Below, piece after piece: positions 9,759-20,364 of a DNA stretch of 64,000 nt. The first letter of the stretch is position 1. Each line of letters begins with the position of its first letter. Under the pieces are notes generated by a model, which saw only the letters and a program-made list of their open reading frames with translations, did no database searches and was not told where the DNA came from. The translations under genes were made by a program, and so were the position numbers. This stretch comes from Nitrospirota bacterium (GTDB taxonomy: Bacteria; Nitrospirota; UBA9217). Location: positions 416,001-480,000 of the forward strand of contig CAVTRN010000001.1 in assembly GCA_963737155.1 (NCBI GenBank), written 5' to 3'.

Positions 9759-9792
9759 TAACCCAATTCAGGATATATCCCAACTTGGGATA
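9759..9792 (-). promoter_or_regulatory. Tandem C-box operators
   Basis: Minus strand TATCCCAAGTTGGGATA abutting TATCCTGAATTGGGTTA, 13 bp before the C start. Confidence 0.75.
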
Positions 9793-9933
9793 TTGATGAC
9801 AATAGAAGCATCCAGGGGCGGCATATCAGGTCGGGCAGATATCGGAAAGGTGGATTTATAATTAGGTGATGTAGGTGAATGATGGATGTGGCGGGAGGCT
9901 ACTAGAGAAATGAAGCGAGGTAGTTAAAAATTC

Positions 9934-10376
9934 TTACCTACATGAGTAATTTGCTACAAACCACCCTCCCACTGTAGCAAATAAAATAGCCATTAAAACC
10001 ATGACAATTTCTGGACCAGTGCAATACGGGTAATCATGCCCTCGCTCTTTGTAAATATAACGCCCTTTTGCTGACAATAGTCTGTAATGAGCGGTCATGG
10101 AAATGGGGTGAAATGCAATCAAGATAAAAGCCACTGCAAGCATCACTCTGGCTGGCTTATTAAAATAACCATTGTTGAGTGGCACTACCACGCACAGCAC
10201 AACCACGCACAGCATACTTACAACATAATAACGTCAGGGATAGGAAACCACGTTTTTCTTCCAGCATCACCCACAGTAATCTCTCGATTTATGCGCCATC
10301 CAAATGCTACGAATTGGAGCGCAACAATCATAGAAACTAGTGTATTAACATTCAAAGCTGGGTCAATAGTCTGCAT
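9934..10376 (-). pseudogene. Membrane protein split by a 1-nt deletion
   Basis: ATG 10376 ORF (MQTIDPALN...FGWRINREI) stops at 10218; one added base near 10225 joins it to 9934-10215. Confidence 0.6.
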
Positions 10377-10468
10377 GTCAGAGCTCCCTATCTAATCTCA
10401 CCCCGTATTTTACGGGCGGCTTCCCATGACCATCTCTCAAGGGTGTTTATGTCAAGATTTGCTGGCAT

Positions 10469-12382
10469 TTAATCCTCTATTTCAGAATCAATACTTGAAT
10501 CGATGGGTTCATCACCATGCTTCTTCATTCCTTCTTTCAATATGTTCAAAAAGGTTGAATTACGCCTCTCTGCATCCTTCAGGAACGCATCAAAAGAAAG
10601 GATATAAATACCTGCAAGAACGCTTGGTTTGCCCTCATCGATGATGATGCTTTGTTCTTTATAAAACACTTGGTCTGCCGAAAATAGTTCAGTATATCCA
10701 TCTTCTTTCAGCGAAATCCGAAACTCCTTATCAATGTCTACGATGCCATAAAACCATATGCGCTGTATCTTATCTGGAAAGTATTGAAGAAGCTTTCTTG
10801 CTCTTTGTCTCAGTTGGCTGACCACTTCCTCCTTCTTTGCTAATCCCAAGCCAAGCTTTTTCAATTCCACGATTACAACATCCACTTTTGTGGTGGTTGC
10901 CGGGTCATTAGAAAAAATGAGTGCTATATCGGGTCGGGAGGCATCCCTTTCGACTGACTCTGTCTCCAATGAAATTCCTGTAATCAGCTTGGTCATCTCT
11001 TCATTACTCAGAATTGAAGAGTAAGTCATATATTTATCATCGAGCAGCCAAGCATTATTTGTGTAGATGTCATCCATAAAGCTCGATTTGTGAAAAGACC
11101 GCTGCATAGGAACGATAATTTTGTGAATATCTGCTTCCAAACTATTAGGGTTAATTTCATTCAGTTTGCCAATTATCTTTGTTCGGTAAAGAACATACTC
11201 CATCAGCAGACGTGCTGATAGCTCAAGAGATTTTTCATATTGCTTCTCGCTTAACGTATCGGAATCCAATATTTCCTTCTGAGCATTGAAAAATCTCTTC
11301 TGTGCTGTCTCAAGCGATTTATTTTGATTTATCAATCCGGCTGTTTCTTTTTCAAAATATCCCTGCAAATGTGGATATCTATTTGAAAGTGTCTCCGTTA
11401 CAGTGTCATTGCGCTTTTTAATAAACGGAATTTTATCACTCAGTATTCTGCCAACGTTTTTAACGTAGAGCCTTTTAAGTGCTCTCATGTCCGTATCTTC
11501 TAACTCCAACTTGTCTCTTGAAGAATTAACCTTACCGTTAAAGAAATCGGAATACAGTAGAAATATTATTTCAAATCCAATTGGAATGTTGTCGATAGGA
11601 ACAAATTGAAGAGGTATCGTTCTTCCCTCGGCACATACCGCCGTTATCAAGGATTTAGATTTATAGTCCTGCCGAATGCTATAGTGCATATCCATTTTCT
11701 GGAACATATCCAAGCCTTCAGCATCAAATTCGGTCATTTCAAATTCGGGGAGGTCTTCAATTGATATTACCTGTGTGTCGCTATAAAAATCATATTCACG
11801 ATTCTCTTGTGCAGTTCGCAGTGCAATAGAAATATTTAAGTCTGATTTTTTGATTTTAAGGTTGTGTAGAACGGGGAAAAATTCTATTTCGAGGGACCTC
11901 TTGATTGAAGACGGTTTTAGATATTCGTAACTTTTAATAGATTTTTTGGAGTAACCAAAAAATGACAAAATTGTTGAGTTTGTCTTGCTCTCAATATCAA
12001 CAAGCTTATCCTTAACCTTGAAGCTGCTCGAAAACGTGAACGTCCTGCGCTTGCCGTCAAAATCACTCTTTACTTCTATCCGATTAAAATAATGCAAATA
12101 TACAAGGCGACCAATTCCTTTGTGGTTGGGGTCTTCAATTTCGAGAAGTTTTGTAAACTTATTAAAGTTACGACTAATAAATCCTTCCCCATTATCTTCT
12201 ATTTCAATTTGCAGTGTCTCAGGCTCGTTGTAGTCAGCAATATTAATTCTGATATCTATTCTGGTTGCCCTGGCATCAATGGCGTTTGCAACAGCCTCAT
12301 AGTAGACCATCTCTAAAGATGGATTTGCGTAGAAGTGTTTAACGGCATTTGCTACGTTAATTTCCATAGCTCTAATCCTCAA
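10469..12382 (-). CDS. GHKL (HATPase/MORC-like) ATPase fused to a C-terminal PD-(D/E)XK-like nuclease
   Basis: EAVANAIDA, DNGEG, KGIGR; C-terminal RPDIAL...VVIVELKK. Confidence 0.8.
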   Translation of the reverse strand: MRIRAMEINVANAVKHFYANPSLEMVYYEAVANAIDARATRIDIRINIADYNEPETLQIEIEDNGEGFISRNFNKFTKLLEIEDPNHKGIGRLVYLHYFNRIEVKSDFDGKRRTFTFSSSFKVKDKLVDIESKTNSTILSFFGYSKKSIKSYEYLKPSSIKRSLEIEFFPVLHNLKIKKSDLNISIALRTAQENREYDFYSDTQVISIEDLPEFEMTEFDAEGLDMFQKMDMHYSIRQDYKSKSLITAVCAEGRTIPLQFVPIDNIPIGFEIIFLLYSDFFNGKVNSSRDKLELEDTDMRALKRLYVKNVGRILSDKIPFIKKRNDTVTETLSNRYPHLQGYFEKETAGLINQNKSLETAQKRFFNAQKEILDSDTLSEKQYEKSLELSARLLMEYVLYRTKIIGKLNEINPNSLEADIHKIIVPMQRSFHKSSFMDDIYTNNAWLLDDKYMTYSSILSNEEMTKLITGISLETESVERDASRPDIALIFSNDPATTTKVDVVIVELKKLGLGLAKKEEVVSQLRQRARKLLQYFPDKIQRIWFYGIVDIDKEFRISLKEDGYTELFSADQVFYKEQSIIIDEGKPSVLAGIYILSFDAFLKDAERRNSTFLNILKEGMKKHGDEPIDSSIDSEIED

Positions 12383-12434
12383 GGAGTCAATTGCAGTTTC
12401 AAGAAAATGACGTCTCTATGTCACGCCTGAATCA

Positions 12435-13025
12435 TCATCGACTCGTATAGTAGAAAACTACATCATTAGCAATTTTACGTCCTGATGCAATCTTTATCTG
12501 GCTTTTTGGCAATTCTAAAGCACCTGCCAACTGGTTTTTCTTCTCGTCAATCCACGGGCTACCATTTCTATTAGTCTGATGCTGATAGAATACCAAGACA
12601 TCCGCCGGCTTTAAAGCATTGAAGACCATTTTTGCCTCCCTGTTCAGGACATGCTCAAATTTAGGATTCTTCGACTCTAAACCAGTATCAGGGTCTAGGA
12701 ATACGATGCATCTGTCCTGATTGAACCGCTGGATAAACTCAATTGCTTCGTTATGGTAAGCATTCCTGTCTTTACCAAATGGAGAATCAAAGACATCCAC
12801 TTTTACCTTTGACCTCATCTGTTTAATATTCTGTATATCTCGAAAGAAACCAGTAACGTCATTGGGGATGCTAACATCCTTCTCATCAATCGAAACCTTA
12901 TCGAAAAACGATGGCCGGTAATATGCAATCTGGATAATCCGCTTGGCATCGTACTGTTCCGCAAGATGGAACAGCACTGACCACTTTACTAAGTCACGAT
13001 TGTCAGCAAACCAGATATCCCTCAT
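12435..13025 (-). CDS. Conserved hypothetical protein (FLDPDTG motif; possibly methyltransferase-like fold)
   Basis: DNRDLVKW, CIVFLDPDTGL, LVFYQH. Confidence 0.55.
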   Translation of the reverse strand: MRDIWFADNRDLVKWSVLFHLAEQYDAKRIIQIAYYRPSFFDKVSIDEKDVSIPNDVTGFFRDIQNIKQMRSKVKVDVFDSPFGKDRNAYHNEAIEFIQRFNQDRCIVFLDPDTGLESKNPKFEHVLNREAKMVFNALKPADVLVFYQHQTNRNGSPWIDEKKNQLAGALELPKSQIKIASGRKIANDVVFYYTSR

Positions 13026-13157
13026 AATTTAACTGATTATATCCCAAAGTCATCATTGAGGAAACAAAATACAGATATTTATGGGCAGGCTGAAAATGCT
13101 TAATAGGGGGATAGACTCAAAAAATCGGCGCAACCCTTGAGGAATCGAGGTAGTTGG

Positions 13158-13899
13158 TCACTGGCGGACACGGCATATCTCGCCATACTTCTTAAAGTTT
13201 TCCATATGCTCTTCTGACGACAGATGAGCATTAGGTTGTGGTATAACTGTGTAACGATTGCCCACCGTTTCCTTAACATCCGCCCCTATCAGTCTATCAA
13301 TCCCCTTCCCAATGCATATTACATGCTCTGGACGGGCTTCCTCAATAACACCCGCCGTATAATACTCCCATGACTTCCTTATGACTGATGACATGATTTT
13401 ATGTTTAGGTTTTTCCCCATCATTGTATAGAGCTACTATGCTGGCATCCACTAACCATATGCCCATTTGCTTCAGGCTCAAGAGGAGGTCTACCTTGTTC
13501 TTCACTCTTTGCTCATAGGGAGTCACGGATAAAACCGGGCTGAAATCCTTTATATCTGTAACAGAATGTAAGCAGCTATAAAATATCTTCCAGAACTGGG
13601 GTGTCCCGTCTCGCTTAGGATGCTTACTACTGCCAGTCAGTTCCTTTTCTCCGTAGGCAAGACAATATACAAATTTTGCATAATCAGTGGGGTATCCGGG
13701 GAGCTGGGCTATCTTAGAAACGGGGATACTTCTATCAGATGGGGTGGTAAATACATGGGACTCTGCCAATAGGATAATTCTCACCTTATCAGGCTTCCAA
13801 TATCGGCGGTATCTTTCTACCAGTTCAACAGATTCGTATGGTTCAATACCATCACTGAGTATTTCCTGAAGTTGATTGTAACAGTCGTGGAGTCTGTTC
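13158..13899 (-). CDS. Uracil-DNA-glycosylase-superfamily protein, separated from its native start by IS256
   Basis: ILLAESH, GIWLVDAS, VICIGKG, IPQPNA; native ATG lies at 15432-15434 across the IS. Confidence 0.65.
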
Positions 13900-15422
13900 G
13901 ACGAGGTCAAGCTTTTAGTTGAAATTATCTGAGTGGCCCGTTCCCTTCGGCTAAAGTATTTTTATCGGTTCAACGGTGTAAATCATCGCTGTTTATAAAA
14001 TCGGATTCGTAGGATCGCCATATGTGAGTTTTCTGAGGCCGAGCCATACCTAACCATCCCCCTTTACGCAGCCTCTTTGACTGTTAGGTCATTTAATTCT
14101 TCCGCTTCGATCCGTTTCATCACGTCCGCGATGAAGGCGTGGCCCTTGATCTTTCTGAATCCTTGTTCAGCATATAAGAGGACAGAAGCGAGCCAGCGCT
14201 GCATCATCTTGCTGTCGCGGTAGCGCTTTATATTGCCTTCTGCTTTTCTCACCGTGGAAAACATGCTCTCGATAGGATTGGTAGAATGCAACGTCTTCCT
14301 CAAGAGAGCGGGGACCTTCAATCGATGAAGGGTGAGAATGTCTTCTATCGCTTCCATGAGCGAATCAGCCGCCGACTCATTAATGCCCCGAAGCCATTTC
14401 TCCATGTCCAGAAGCATCTGACGAGCGTCCGCGTAATTATTCTGCTCCAGGGCTGTCCGGAACCTCCAGTGTGCGCCTTTCCGGTATTTCTTCGGCAAAT
14501 GATGCTGTATATTCCGGTCCTTGTGGATCGTGCACCGCTGATGGATGAGTTTCTTACCGAAGCGATCCCGGAGTGCCTTGATTACGCCCTTGCCGCCATC
14601 GGTAACCCAGATGATTCGTCGTGAAAGTATCAGACCTCGCCGCTCTATATCAGAAAACAGCTCTTCACACAGTTCATGGTTCTCCGTCGCCCCCTGCCAG
14701 AACCCCAATGTCTGCTTCTTTCCGGCAATATCAAGCCCCAGCGCCACGATGAATGCCTCTCCGCCGCGGTGAACAGTGTCTAAAAAGACCGCAAAGGGAA
14801 CGAATGACGTGAGTGACCGTTCCTTAAACTCCTGAAGCTGTTTTGCTGTTGCCGCGACGATATGGCTCGATACCGTGCTGGCGGACACTCCAAATGCTCG
14901 TGCCGTATCTACAACTGTCTCCGCATACTTCCGGCATGATATGCCCCGAAGCACCTTTCCAAGCAATTCTTCTGCGAAGACTTCCGGTTTTTTCATCTTC
15001 TGATAGCTCTGCAGTACAATCTCACCCGCCGGACCTCGAAGCCGAGGGTGGGTCACCGGGATCTTCTGATCTCCGATATAGACGGAACCGCCCTGGCTAG
15101 CCCACTTCCGCAGATCGGGACTGTTAGGCTGGTAGTCGGGGCCGGCAATCTCCTCCCGCTCGATGTACATGATCGTCTCTGCCATCATTCTGCCCATTTC
15201 CTTCATGCATTCATCAAAACCCTGTTTCCCTTTTGCGAAGACACAATACATCTGTTCGATGATCTCCCGCCTTCCGTATGCCTCTTCAATTCCTCGTATT
15301 GCCTTTTTTCTCTTCCTTGTGGTATCCTTCATTGAGTGGCTCCTTTCTTTTTTCTCTCTCTACCGTGGATTATGCCACGGGGGAGCCACTCTTTTCAATT
15401 TCAACTAAAAACAGTATAACCT
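13900..15422 (-). mobile_element. IS256-family insertion sequence
   Basis: Flanked by direct repeat GAGTCTGTTC (13890-13899, 15423-15432); subterminal inverted TTTTAGTTGAAATT. Confidence 0.9.
14064..15332 (-). CDS. IS256-family transposase
   Basis: VFLD, VTDGGKG, QRCTIHK, STNPIES. Confidence 0.95.
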   Translation of the reverse strand: MKDTTRKRKKAIRGIEEAYGRREIIEQMYCVFAKGKQGFDECMKEMGRMMAETIMYIEREEIAGPDYQPNSPDLRKWASQGGSVYIGDQKIPVTHPRLRGPAGEIVLQSYQKMKKPEVFAEELLGKVLRGISCRKYAETVVDTARAFGVSASTVSSHIVAATAKQLQEFKERSLTSFVPFAVFLDTVHRGGEAFIVALGLDIAGKKQTLGFWQGATENHELCEELFSDIERRGLILSRRIIWVTDGGKGVIKALRDRFGKKLIHQRCTIHKDRNIQHHLPKKYRKGAHWRFRTALEQNNYADARQMLLDMEKWLRGINESAADSLMEAIEDILTLHRLKVPALLRKTLHSTNPIESMFSTVRKAEGNIKRYRDSKMMQRWLASVLLYAEQGFRKIKGHAFIADVMKRIEAEELNDLTVKEAA

Positions 15423-15521
15423 GAGTCTGTTCATTATGTTTCCGTAGTTTCCTTCGGGAATCATTCATCACTGTGGTCATCCACATAAAACCATTCCTTA
15501 AAGAAAGCGTTTTTCTTTGAG

Positions 15522-16562
15522 TTACTGGATATCTGTGGTATGAATCAACTTATCCTCATAAATCTCAACTCTATTTCTCCCTAATTTTTTCGCACTCGTT
15601 TTAGCTTGATTTGCATATTTTTCAATTTCTCTTTCAGTATAAACACATTCCTTGTGAACATAATATAAACCAATTGACACAGTTAGAGGAATTGTGATAC
15701 CTGGAACATTCATTTGTGATAATTTTAGCTGAAATTCCTCTAAATAATCTTTTGAAAGTTTAAGTGACATGTTCGGAATAATCATCATATATTCGTCACC
15801 GCCAAAACGATAAGCGTAGCCGTGTGAATAAATGTGGCTTTCAAGCTCTCGCATGAATCTCGGAAGCAAAACTCGGTCAACAGTCGGCTCCCCATATTTA
15901 GTGTTAAAACTTTTGAAGTTGTCAATGTCTAAGTAAGCCACAGAAAGACCCACATTGCGAGAGTTGCACTTTTGACGGTAGTAATTTAAGTCGGAATAAA
16001 AAAGACGAGGAGAAATTAGTATGTGAAATTTTTCATCGTATTCTCTGCTTTCCAACTTCCACTTAAGGTCGTCCTCGATTTTTTCTATATATTCAGTTGA
16101 TATGTAGGCTGAGAGAGGAGGCAATTCTGTTGGTTTTGTGGAAATAAACCATTCTTCTTTAGTAAACTATTCGATAGCCTGCAGTCGTTTTTCTAATTGT
16201 TCTATAATATTTAAATCGGAAGTTTTCCCAAGCGGTTCTACCAGTTGATTTGCCATATCTTGTCGCTTATGAAGAATAGCCCTACAAAGCAGAGCTAATA
16301 AGTCATCATCAAGAGAAATGCTTGTTTTTGCCATGCTTCTTGTCCCTTTAATCCGCATTCTGGTCCCTATGTTAGTGTTAGTAAATATTCCAATTAACTG
16401 CTGTAGATTTGTGTCGATTTGAGATAATTCTTGTGGAATAACACCACTAAATTCCTTCGTTAAAACGTTTATCAGTGTCTTTAGGACGTGATTTTTTAGT
16501 TCCTCAACGTACTGTCTTAAATTGTGTGCATCATCTAAGAGTAATTTGAAACTGGTAGTCAA
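15522..16562 (-). pseudogene. GGDEF-domain protein interrupted by one in-frame TAG
   Basis: 16167-16562 and 15522-16124 are in frame with only TAG 16167-16169 between them; DIDNFK...YRFGGDEY. Confidence 0.8.
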
Positions 16563-16691
16563 TGGATTCTCCTATCTACCTCGTATTCTGCCTGTCAGTT
16601 AACTTTCAACCTCAGAGCTGCGAACGAGAGCGGTCTGCAGAATAAAGTATATTATCGTTAATATTCATTGTCAGCGTGAGTGAGCCAGAAC

Positions 16692-17270
16692 TTACCACAA
16701 TAAAGTTCGATGGATTAGCATTTGGACAAAAGATTCAGCAATACTTTGAAGTTGCGAATCCTGAGTATCTGAATCTCCAGTAGTGGGATTTTGTGCAACT
16801 AGTCTTTCATCCCAAGGAAGTTGGGATATATCAGCATTTTCGTTTGGATTTGCTTCGATAGAATTGCTAAAAAATATTCCACATACATTGAAATATTTTT
16901 TATGAGCATGAATTATTATTTGTTCCACATCATCGTGATTTAAATGAGATGAAAATGTATTAAAATCTGCCTGTTGTAAATGATTTTCAAAATAATTACT
17001 TACTGACTCATAATCAGGCCTTTCTTGATAACTTCTATTTCCAATGGAAAATGTTGCTATTTTTCTTATCAGGGAAGAATGGGTTATTTCAAACACAAGA
17101 TTACAATCGAGGCGGATGTCCCGATTATCATCGGACAAGAGCTTGATTATCTTCTTTTGTAGGCTTGTTTTTCCCGTGTTATCATTCCCAATAAATACAA
17201 ATAACCATCTAGATTTTAGAGACATTATTAACCTCATTCTGGATGTCTCGAAAGAATCCAGTATTTTCAT
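16692..17270 (-). CDS. Small P-loop NTPase/kinase-like protein
   Basis: FVFIGNDNTGKTS Walker A. Confidence 0.65.
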   Translation of the reverse strand: MKILDSFETSRMRLIMSLKSRWLFVFIGNDNTGKTSLQKKIIKLLSDDNRDIRLDCNLVFEITHSSLIRKIATFSIGNRSYQERPDYESVSNYFENHLQQADFNTFSSHLNHDDVEQIIIHAHKKYFNVCGIFFSNSIEANPNENADISQLPWDERLVAQNPTTGDSDTQDSQLQSIAESFVQMLIHRTLLW

Positions 17271-17329
17271 CGGGAATACTAACTACCTTATCATCAAATG
17301 AAATTTTATCAAATTTTGATTTATTCTAA

Positions 17330-17470
17330 TATGCTATCTGGATAATCCGCTTAGCATCGTGCTGTTCTGCGAAATGTAACAGCACTAACCAATTTACTAA
17401 GTCACGAGTATCCGCAAATCAGTTGTCCTACATAGCGGCTCGATTATATACCAAATGACTGGCCGAGGAA
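17330..17470 (-). pseudogene. Degenerate copy of the promoter and first ~30 codons of 12435-13025
   Basis: Aligns to ~12925-13065 (tggataatccgctt.gcatcgt.ctgttc...tttactaagtcacga...gattatat). Confidence 0.8.
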
Positions 17471-17651
17471 AGAGAATAACTTTTTTGCACGGATAACAAG
17501 GGACGGGCAACGTAAGAGCTGTTTACTTCGCTGAGGCCAGTCACGAATGGTTCATGACGCGGACACCATTACCCTATCACGGTCGGGCTGAGGGCGAACG
17601 TCATCTCTGATTATAGTTAGTAACAAAAAAGAAGGCTTAGAAAATCAACCG

Positions 17652-18722
17652 CTAATCATATAGTGCTTTAAATACATTGAATCGCTTAATTTTCTTCATG
17701 AACGGGTCAGGTTGCAAGTATTCTTTTTCGTAATTATCAATCTGGGCTATAAGCTGAGTTAATTTATCGTCTAAAAAATTGGGGTCCTTCAATGATTTTG
17801 CATTCACTAACCCTTCTCTGAAAGCGTCGAGAAAGGACCTTAAAGCATCATTGTATTCAGTCCGAAATTGATTGACCGATGACTCCAATATGGGATACCT
17901 TGTTGATAAATTGTAGCCTGCTTTTACATTTTGCAAATTGACCACTCTGGAGTATTCATCGTAACTATTTTCATCATTAATCTTTAATAATGCTGCCAAT
18001 TGTTGTGTATAGGGCATACCTGTATCTTCTGGCTTAAAGCCTAAAGAAGTTGACAATTGTGTATCGTAACCTTTTACAGTTTTTCCTAAAGCATCACTTA
18101 GCTTGCTAAGAATTGTTTGATGGGCGAGATATTGATTTCTTGCTTCTATCATTTTGTCATAGACAGAAATATATGGAGCTAACAATTTTTTAAAATTATC
18201 AATATTATTTTGCTGTATAGGAAGAGCGGTGTCTATTGTATCTTTCTTAAGTGGGCCCTCACTTTTTAAAGTTGCATCAGAAAATCCTGCGACTGATTGA
18301 ACTATAGAACTTACTGCACTCGTAATTGGATTAGCTTTGACAAGTGAATCAACGACTGGATTGGTGAGTAGTTCGCCTATAATAGTTTTCAACCTACTAG
18401 TGGCTTTGGGTTTATCCTCAACAGTGAAGCTCTGGTTTGCAAACTTAGTTACTACATCGGTAAACTTGAAGCCAAGAACATCACTCGTCGGATTTGCTGC
18501 TTCTGTCAGTGCTGTAAAAAGTTCAGTGAGTTCTTGTTGCTGGATTAAAGCATTGTAATTTGCCTCAAGAACAGGCGTTTTTTGAACTGCATTATAAATC
18601 ACTACAGACATATCATTGTATTTATCTTTTATCATGCTTAATCTATCTGCTTTCAGCGATTCGACTTCTTTTGAGAGAGATTGCAAATCTGCATCTGTTG
18701 CTGCATCAAATTTTTTTACCAT
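17652..18722 (-). CDS. Hypothetical alpha-helical protein, 356 aa
   Basis: Long ORF with AAGGAGG RBS; no motif recognised. Confidence 0.75.
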   Translation of the reverse strand: MVKKFDAATDADLQSLSKEVESLKADRLSMIKDKYNDMSVVIYNAVQKTPVLEANYNALIQQQELTELFTALTEAANPTSDVLGFKFTDVVTKFANQSFTVEDKPKATSRLKTIIGELLTNPVVDSLVKANPITSAVSSIVQSVAGFSDATLKSEGPLKKDTIDTALPIQQNNIDNFKKLLAPYISVYDKMIEARNQYLAHQTILSKLSDALGKTVKGYDTQLSTSLGFKPEDTGMPYTQQLAALLKINDENSYDEYSRVVNLQNVKAGYNLSTRYPILESSVNQFRTEYNDALRSFLDAFREGLVNAKSLKDPNFLDDKLTQLIAQIDNYEKEYLQPDPFMKKIKRFNVFKALYD

Positions 18723-19212
18723 TTTCCCTCCCTTATTTAGTTTAAATAAACGTCTTGTTTAGTTTATTTGAATGAAATGATTAATAAACTGACTGTTTCG
18801 ATTTCTGTCTTAGCTGAAGCGATTTAGGAAATGGATATATTTTTCAATACACATTCAGCTGTGATTTGAAAATAATATTTGATTTTGAAATAGAGCCGTA
18901 TAATGAAGATTAGGAGTATTTTATTTAGCCACATCCAGAAAGTAAAGTCAATGGTTTTTTGGAGACAATTATTACCTTATTTGGAATATAGAGCCTGTTA
19001 AATAATGTTCTCAAAACAGTCTAAGGCAAACAATCCCTGACTTTTTAAATCCCGCTCTCAGCTCCTCGCCCTTCTGAAAAAAGAACTCATCTTCCAGTGC
19101 CCATTACATCCCGTTTGCAAAGAACAAGCTCTCGGTTGTGGATGTGGATTAGCTGATGAAGAAGCGTAAATATCTGTAGCATAGGCTTGTTTGCTATCTT
19201 TACTTGTAATAT

Positions 19213-19803
19213 CTATTTATTATATAAGCCGTCCGCACGGTTATACAATGGATTTTTAAATTTGTCGTAAACTTTTGCCCATGTCAATCTGGCATCAAAA
19301 ACATCTAATACGGATGATTTTGGCTTATTCCTTTCAGACCACCTTTTATGTCTGTCAAAATATTCTTTTGATGCTAACGCAACATATTTAACATCAATAT
19401 GCCCTCCCGTGAGCTTTTTTATTTCTGCCCGGTCAGTATCAAAACTCTTTATCTGATTCTTCTTGAATCCTTGTTGAACTTTAGCTTCGATAACGATAAT
19501 CACAGAAGATGAAAATAGACATAAATCAAATGTCCTTTTCAGCATACTTTTCGATAGACTACCATGATATGGCTCATTTGCATTCCTCTGCTTTGATAAG
19601 TCTCGAAAAAAACAAACCTCATACCCGACATCCCATTCGCCGTTCTTCGTAACTGGCGTAGAGAGAGGAGACCACTCAACTGCATCAATTAGCCAATGTG
19701 CAAATTCTGTCTTGCTATCGCGCACTTCAAAATAAAGAGACGCGCAGTAAAACCGTTCTTCTCTCGAAATATCATCCCAAGGCTTATTGTTAAAATAATT
19801 CAT
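19213..19803 (-). CDS. Putative PD-(D/E)XK nuclease
   Basis: REERFYC...RTFDLCL...IVIEAK; start placed at ATG 19803. Confidence 0.65.
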   Translation of the reverse strand: MNYFNNKPWDDISREERFYCASLYFEVRDSKTEFAHWLIDAVEWSPLSTPVTKNGEWDVGYEVCFFRDLSKQRNANEPYHGSLSKSMLKRTFDLCLFSSSVIIVIEAKVQQGFKKNQIKSFDTDRAEIKKLTGGHIDVKYVALASKEYFDRHKRWSERNKPKSSVLDVFDARLTWAKVYDKFKNPLYNRADGLYNK

Positions 19804-19939
19804 AATGTTTTCTGATTCACAGCCATTGACAATGCTTTTATTTAACCCACAAAAACATATAGCTGTTTTGCCCTTTCCGCTCATAAATAATGAGAGCCAG
19901 CTTCCTGAATTGATTGAAACAGGAATATTTTTCTTATCT

Positions 19940-20245
19940 CTAATGAACCCTACCCACAAATGCAATGCTTGACATTATGCTCATGGAGGCAATACCAGCA
20001 AAAAACACAAGAAGGCTCAACTTGTTTGATGGAGATACCTTTCCCGTTCTGTATAAGACATATCCAATGACCAGATTGAATAAACCCCACAGAACATTGA
20101 TTGTTGGCGATGACAACCCTTTGCCCGGTGGATTGGCAAAAGGGGTCGGAAAACTATTTCCGGAAATGCCCTGCACGAAATGAGGAACCGTATTGGCTAA
20201 AAAGGCACCCGCGAAAAAACAAGCAATATAATGATACCATTTCAT
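19940..20245 (-). CDS. Small membrane protein
   Basis: Three hydrophobic segments, PHFVQGISG..FPTPFA.PPG; AGGAGG RBS. Confidence 0.75.
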   Translation of the reverse strand: MKWYHYIACFFAGAFLANTVPHFVQGISGNSFPTPFANPPGKGLSSPTINVLWGLFNLVIGYVLYRTGKVSPSNKLSLLVFFAGIASMSIMSSIAFVGRVH

Positions 20246-20364
20246 AGCAACCTCCTGCAGAAACACAATTAGTTAACAACCATACAGCTCAAAGCAGTCT
20301 GCCTCTTCCTATTGTCAATTTGCCGCACTGCCATTGATAAGGTATTCCTGCTGCCAGCCAAGAC

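Noticed and set aside
4847-9830. Shared GGCATATCAGG at ~4847 and ~9820
   Set aside because: Only 11 bp with no convincing extension; may be chance
15522-16124. cGAMP synthase feeding the A20 riboswitches
   Set aside because: Retains Asp at the specificity position and is interrupted upstream by TAG
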